Assembly: GCA_950097015.1 (NCBI GenBank)
Contig: CATNEN010000010.1
Location: 2,914,001-2,978,000 of the forward strand
Reading direction: 5' to 3'
DNA length: 64,000 nt
Source: Macrostomum hystrix
Taxonomy: Eukaryota; Animalia; Platyhelminthes
Within the stretch, counting starts at the first letter, position 1, and every line of letters begins with the position of its first letter. Shown one piece after another: positions 58,001 through 64,000 of the stretch. A program made the translations under genes and the position numbers. The notes below the pieces were generated by a model. It ran no database searches. It was given only the letters and a program-made list of their open reading frames with translations, and was not told the origin of the DNA.

Positions 58001-61000
58001 AAACTTGTGTCGGCTTTGCTCAAATTGCTTTCTCAAAGAGAGTTGGGACACGAAGGCTAGGAGGCTGGACTGGGAGGCAGATAGCATCGGTGCGGAGCTG
58101 AGTTCGCTAGGGAAATTTTCCCCATTCCTGTCTGTACCCAGTAGAAGCCCGCTTTCTTGAAATTTCAAACCCAAACCTGTGGCCGCTTTATATTTCTGTT
58201 GAGATCTTAGAATTAGATTACTTCCCAGTTGGGGATGCCTGAGCTGGGGGAAAGGGATCGAACCAAGTGTTAAGTAGGCGATAGACGGGGCTTTCTGATC
58301 TTGCTAGTAGCCACAGTCCGAGCTGTCGCTTCAGGGGGTTCATGGGGAGTCTGTGACATCAGTCGCTAATGCCTAATGGAGTGGCAGGATCCGGGTGGAG
58401 TGGGGGAGTGCGGGGCGTGCCTTTTCCCGCCTCTGTCACTCTCGCTTACTCGCACACAGCGGCAGCCCGTGCTCACAAGACAAGCTCCCAATTTCTAGCA
58501 TGTTCTCAGCGCTTCTCATAATTCTATCGAGCAGAATTTTGCGCATGGGAGCTGCTATGGGCGCCATAAGCTGATCCTGATAATATCACATGTGCTTAAT
58601 GCTGGCTGGCAGCATGACCGAGTACGGCCTAAGGCGCACGATTAGAATCTGTCGGATCTGTGAATTGTCGGATCTGTGAATCTGTCGGATCTGTGAATCT
58701 GTCGGATCTGTGAATTGTCGGATCTGTGAATCTGTCGGATCTGTGAATCTGTAGGATCTGTGAATCTGTCGGATCTGTGAATCTGTCGGATCTGTGAATC
58801 TGTCGGATCTGTGAATCTGTCGGATCTGTGAATCTGTAGGATCTGTGAATCTCTCGGATCTGTGAATCTGTCGGATCTGTGAATCTGTAGGATCTGTGAA
58901 TCTGTCGGATCTGTGAATCTAAACGATCTGTGAATCTAAAGGATCTGTGAATCTAAAAGATCTGTGAATCTAAAGGATCTGTGAATCTATCGGATCTGTG
59001 AATCTAGAGGATCTGTGAATCTTTAGCTCTAGAAATCTGTAAGATCTGTGAATCTATCGGATCTGTGAATCTGTAGAATGTGTGAATGAAGAGCCCATGG
59101 TATCAGACCCCAGTGACCAAGCAAGGCCAGCTCTACCGAGGATTGAGGTGAGATGAGATGGGATCATAGCAACCAATCGAGTGAGCTGGGCGTGATAATC
59201 AGGGTAGGTCCTGACAGCTGATGAAGCCCACCCCAGTTAATTAGCACACTCGCTGGAGCAGTAGGGTCAGCAACGTCCTGGTGGAGGCTGGGCCAGCCGG
59301 AGGGTGAAATGAAGACAGAGGGGAGGATCGGAGTACAACTGGAGCCATAGTCGGCTGTTTCATTTCCCGCCCTAGGCATCACATTGGTGACAGTGGCTCT
59401 GTTTTAAAATCATAGACAATATTAGTTAGACTAAGTAATTCAGTACAAAATATTGGTTGCATAAATAATTTTACCGATAATAATATATTCCGAATAGATG
59501 GGCTTGACAATGGACGGACTCACGCACACTTGGGCACTCCGATGAGAGAAAATTAAAGATGAAGAAAGATGAAGCTGCGCCTAGACAAGAGATGTGAGAG
59601 TGGGAGCGCTGGGTGTAGCGGAGTGGGGCTTTAAGTCATGGAAAATTCTGGGATCTCTTCCCGGACTATCAAGCCTAATCACATGTGATTGTTGGGCGAA
59701 AAGGCTGGGTGGGTGAATGAGACTCCTGCGAATCTCTCTAAGATAAATTTAGACCAGAAAGGCGGCGAGTCCCCGGGGTGCTCACCAACAAGTCGACTGT
59801 TACAAGCAGCCCCACATCCAAAGTTATTTTTAAAAGGCCACCGCATTTATCTATAAGACTTTTATGCCTAGCCACCTAATTCAATTTTCACCATATTCGA
59901 TCGGTATATTACTAGCTCAATATTCACAGTCTATCAGAGAACTCATGTTTTTTACGGGGTCTTAATGAGTCAATATTCCCAGTCTCTCTAGTGGGTCATA
60001 ATGAGTCAATATTCTCAGTCTCTCTAGTGGGTCATAATGAGTCAATATTCCCAGTCTCTCTAGTGGGTCATAATGAGTCAATATTCCCAGTCTCTCTAGT
60101 GGGTCATAATGAGTCAATATTCCTAGTCTCTCTAGTGGGTCATAATGAGTCAATATTCCCAGTCTCTCTAGTGGTCATAATGAGTCAATATTCTCAGTCT
60201 CTCTAGTGGGTCATAATGAGTCAATATTCCCAGTCTCTCTAGTGGGTCATAATGAGTCAATATTCCCAGTCTCTCTAGTGGTCATAATGGGTCAATATTC
60301 CCAGTCTCTCTAGTGGGTCATAATGAGTCAATATTCCTAGTCTCTCTATTGGGTCATAATGAGTCAATATTCCCAGTCTCTCTAGTGGGTCATAATGAGT
60401 CAATATTCCTAGTCTCTCTAGTGGTCATAATGAGTCAATATTCCCAGTCTCTCTAGTGGTCATAATGAGTCAATATTCCCAGTCTCTCTAGTGGGTCATA
60501 ATGGGTCAATATTCTCAGTCTCTCTAGTGGATCATAATGGGTCAATATTCCCAATTTCTCTAGTGGGTCATAATGAGTCAATATTCCCAGTCTCTCTAGT
60601 GGGTCATAATGAGTCAATATTCCCAGTCTCTCTAGTGGGTCATAATGGGTCAATATTCCCAGTCTCTCTAGTGGGTCATAATGGGTCAATATTCTCAGTC
60701 TCTCTAGTGGTCATAATGAGTCAATATTCCCAGTCTCTCTAGTGGGTCATAATGAGTCAATATTCCCAGTCTCTCTAGTGGGTCATAATGAGTCAATATT
60801 CCCAGTCTCTCTAGTGGGTCATAATGAGTCAATATTCCCAGTCTCTCTAGTGGTCATAATGAGTCAATATTCCCAGTCTCTCTAGTGGGTCATAATGAGT
60901 CAATATTCCCAGTCTCTCTAGTGGATCATAATGGGTCAATATTCCCAGTCTCTCTAGTGGTCATAATGAGTCAATATTCCCAGTCTCTCTAGTGGATCAT

Positions 61001-62641
61001 AATGGGTCAATATTCTCAGTCTCTCTAGTGGATCATAATGGGTCAATATTCCCAGTCTCTCTAGTGGGTCATAATGAGTCAATATTCCCAGTCTCTCTAG
61101 TGGGTCATAATGAGTCAATATTCCCAGTCTCTCTAGTGGTCATAATGAGTCAATATTCCCAGTCTCTCTAGTGGGTCATAATGAGTCAATATTTCCAGTC
61201 TCTCTAGTGGGTCATAATGGGTCAATATTCCCAGTCTCTCTAGTGGGTCATAATGAGTCAATATTCCCAGTCTCTCTAGTGGTCATAATGAGTCAATATT
61301 CCCAGTCTCTCTAGTGGGTCATAATGAGTCAATATTCCCAGTCTCTCTAGTGGGTCATAATGGGTCAATATTCTCAGTCTCTCTAGTGGGTCATAATGGG
61401 TCAATATTCCCAATTTCTCTAGTGGGTCATAATGAGTCAATATTACTTGGGATGTGTTACACTGCATTCATACAGAAGCAAGAATAAAAATAATAGGTCC
61501 AACCGAAGCTAACAGTGCATATTACGATGTCATTGACTTCTCTAAAATGTCTCAGAGCCAGTGGTCTAATTTTCCAACTAACCTAAAGTCCGATCCTGTC
61601 TACCCCATTTTCCTTGCTTCTTGAGAAGAAGATGGACTCAAATGATCGTTAAAAAGCGACCCGTCGGTATCGAATTTTCGGCGGCCTGCACCCCACCAGC
61701 CCGCGCGGCCAGCCAACCCCAGGGGAAACGGCAGCGCACCGATAATCAATCTGAACTGCGCAGGATGGACGATGGCGGAGGGTGGGTGGCAGGGATGACT
61801 GGCCAGCGAAATGTCGAAGCTACAATGCGTTTAATGCGAGCTGACACGCTCGCCTGGGGCCCGCATATTTTATTCGCTTATAATTCAATTCGCAACGACA
61901 CGGCTAAAACGTTAATCATAGGAGGATTAGTTGCTTGCTCTAAAGATTTAAAGGAGGATTAGTGCACTGCTCTATCTAATGAAAAATTCTGGTTTGGCTG
62001 ATGAAATCAACAAATGACACTAAAATTATTAATAAGCGTACGACATTGTCATGTTTAGTAAGATTTATTAATAGCAAAATACACTAGCATGCAAAAACAC
62101 AACTAATACAACTAATTTACAACAAGTAGGGCATACAACTCACCATTTTAACAGCCTGTTCTAGGAAAGCTTTGATCTCTTCAGCGGCCCGCTTCGCTTT
62201 TAACTCGGCGCGATTTTGATAATCCTCAACGCAGATTAGTACATGCAGCTCTTCAGACAAGTGCTCCCAGTTCGGCTTGCCACGGTTCTGATCCTCCTGA
62301 GTAAGCAGTAGAAAGTACTCTGTCAGTTTGCCTAACTCTTTAAACATCAAGGCTTAAAGCCTGCAACATATCAAAGCGAATGAGTTTTACCTTCTTCTTG
62401 TCGCGCATGGAGCCCTTGCCACGGACCATTATCTTGCAGTCCAGGTCAGTCTCCAGCTGCTTGGCTGTCATACCCCGTGGTCCAAGCAGTCGGCCAACAA
62501 AGTTATAGCTTGGATTGTCCTTCACAGGAATGAAGACTTTCTCCTGCACAGTCACCATGGGGCCCTCGCCCTCAGGCAGCTCATCAGAGGCACGCTTGGC
62601 GCCATTGAAATGGAACAGCTGGCTCCGAACTCGTGTGATCT
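52068..62641 (-). CDS. QKI: Quaking/How/GLD-1-like STAR KH-domain RNA-binding protein (5'-partial; QUA1 exon beyond the window)
   Basis: Exons: 62641-62391 (EITRVR...[19 protein letters not shown]...[15 protein letters not shown]), 62296-62144 ([23 protein letters not shown]), 54650-54437 (QUA2: [21 protein letters not shown]) and 52759-52119 (or read-through to the stop at 52068). Phases are consistent. A candidate last exon at 49859-49731 is uncertain. Confidence 0.9.
55822..55879 (-). CDS. Second, duplicated QUA2 exon of the Quaking-like gene
   Basis: Strong acceptor TTTATTTCTGTGCAG, then [20 protein letters not shown], then donor GTAAAG. Same start phase as the canonical QUA2 exon. Confidence 0.8.
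56085..56405. repeat. Minisatellite, 16-bp unit
   Basis: Unit CTTCAGGATTGTGAGG, with variants. Confidence 0.92.
58645..59085. repeat. Minisatellite, 17-bp unit, degenerating to the right
   Basis: Unit TCTGTCGGATCTGTGAA. Confidence 0.92.
59963..61443. repeat. Minisatellite, 36-bp unit (35-bp variants), ~41 copies
   Basis: Unit GTGGGTCATAATGAGTCAATATTCCCAGTCTCTCTA. Confidence 0.97.
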
Positions 62642-64000
62642 CTGTTACAGTAGAAAGTCAATGATTATTTGCAGATTTTGTAAAAGTAAAAACTGACTGT
62701 AAATGAGCATAAACTTAAACAAAAAATCAATATGCCTAGTGTGTCAAGAAATGCAACAATAGCCAAACTGATTGACAAAATAAATATGTATCTTTTGATA
62801 GCATAAATGAAAGTACTGCGAGATACATTTAAACTAGGAACTTATTCACTGCTACTGGGGGGAATCTGTTCTCTACTGCTGGGGGGACATTCGTTTTTTA
62901 CTTTTTACTGTTGAGGGGATAGTATTCACATGTACTTTAGTAGCATTAAGCTGAGTTGTATCAAACGTAAGTTACTTGTGTAATTTTGCCCCAATGGGGC
63001 TCTTGGTGTACAGACCAGATGTCTCAGAATGTATTCAAGCTCAGATGGACTATTTTTGCATTTAGTGAGAATTCCAATTCTCTTTGATTTGCAATCACAT
63101 ATATTCGCAATCAGGGAAATTAATACGGACGAAATGAGTTTATGTTTTTGTTTGCTTTCAGGTGTTTTGTCCCTATGCATTGCACAAGATTTTTTTGTCT
63201 GAACATTAGTGTCCCCCAAGGGGGGCTTAGTGGGCTAGTTAATTTACTAAAATATAAATTATTAAAACATTTTTTTGCTTTATACATAGGGGAATTCAGT
63301 TAGCTATTTTAGTTACATGTATGTGTAGTTAACTATATAAAATTGTTATAAAGAAGCTTATCTAGAATTACAAGCATACAATAATTCCTACTTTCTATAA
63401 AAACCATATTTATCAGTATAGTATAGTTTAGAATATTACAACAGCATCGTACTTCAACTTGGCATATAAATCTGTTCATATAAATCAACAAATCACAGTT
63501 AGAACATTGGCCAGACAAATTTAGCATAAAATTATAAAGATTATGGTTGGGACTATATATAATACAGTCTTGATATAATTGTCAAAATCATAAAGAAATT
63601 CAAAAATTCTAGCAGATGACCAGAAGATATAACTATACATGCAAGCAACTTGCAAAGTGCTGCACTAGGCCAACACAAATATTTTTTTGATTTTTGCTGA
63701 AAATAAAGTGTCAAATAAAAACTCTTAATGCAAAAATGAAATATATAGGATATAATATGTATAGTCATAATCTGTTTTGCTAAAGAGGTCCTAGCATACA
63801 CAACTTAGAACACAAATAGACAAAAAATTAGGCATAGCATTTCTAGCTACATTATTATATTATGACAAAAGCTAATGCTCGATTAAAAGTCTGTTGCAAA
63901 AGGCTAGGAATTGAATTAAGGTAATCGAAAAAAAGTTAAAATACAATATAGGATTGCTTCACATCTCTAAACCACATACCTGATTCCAGAATTTTATCAA

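Noticed and set aside
56583-58174. Several 66-132 aa ORFs in GC-rich intronic DNA of the Quaking gene
   Set aside because: No homology motifs, no consistent GC3 bias, and no phase-compatible splice pair that I could support.
61621-61962. 113-aa antisense ORF in a Quaking intron
   Set aside because: TTG start and no recognisable domain; more likely a GC-rich regulatory patch.
62880-63218. Possible MITE from GGGGGACA / TGTCCCCC inverted motifs
   Set aside because: Only about 9 bp of low-complexity match and no TSD.

Overview
This is a eukaryotic (animal) genomic window with GC-rich exons and introns full of minisatellites. That style is consistent with a flatworm such as Macrostomum, but the organism is an inference only. 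Gene models were built by hand from splice sites and checked for phase consistency. In order, the window holds: (1) the 3' part of a Helitron helicase, with a hAT-type MITE inserted in its tail; (2) a 2-exon TMEM243; (3) a 16-exon, ~960-aa secreted Cys-module protein with a furin site and a GPI-like tail; (4) an inverted, head-to-head pair of near-identical intronless prepro-peptide genes encoding amphipathic helical peptides, the best candidate for an undescribed system; (5) a truncated mariner and a decayed LINE; (6) a small palmitoylated single-pass adaptor-like protein; (7) a 14-exon NCLX/SLC8B1-like exchanger with a very large cytoplasmic loop; (8) the 3' part of a minus-strand Quaking/STAR gene with a duplicated QUA2 exon. 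There are also two tRNA-derived SINE families and about 30 different minisatellite arrays, which account for most long ORFs in the track. Repeat boundaries and copy numbers are estimates by eye.
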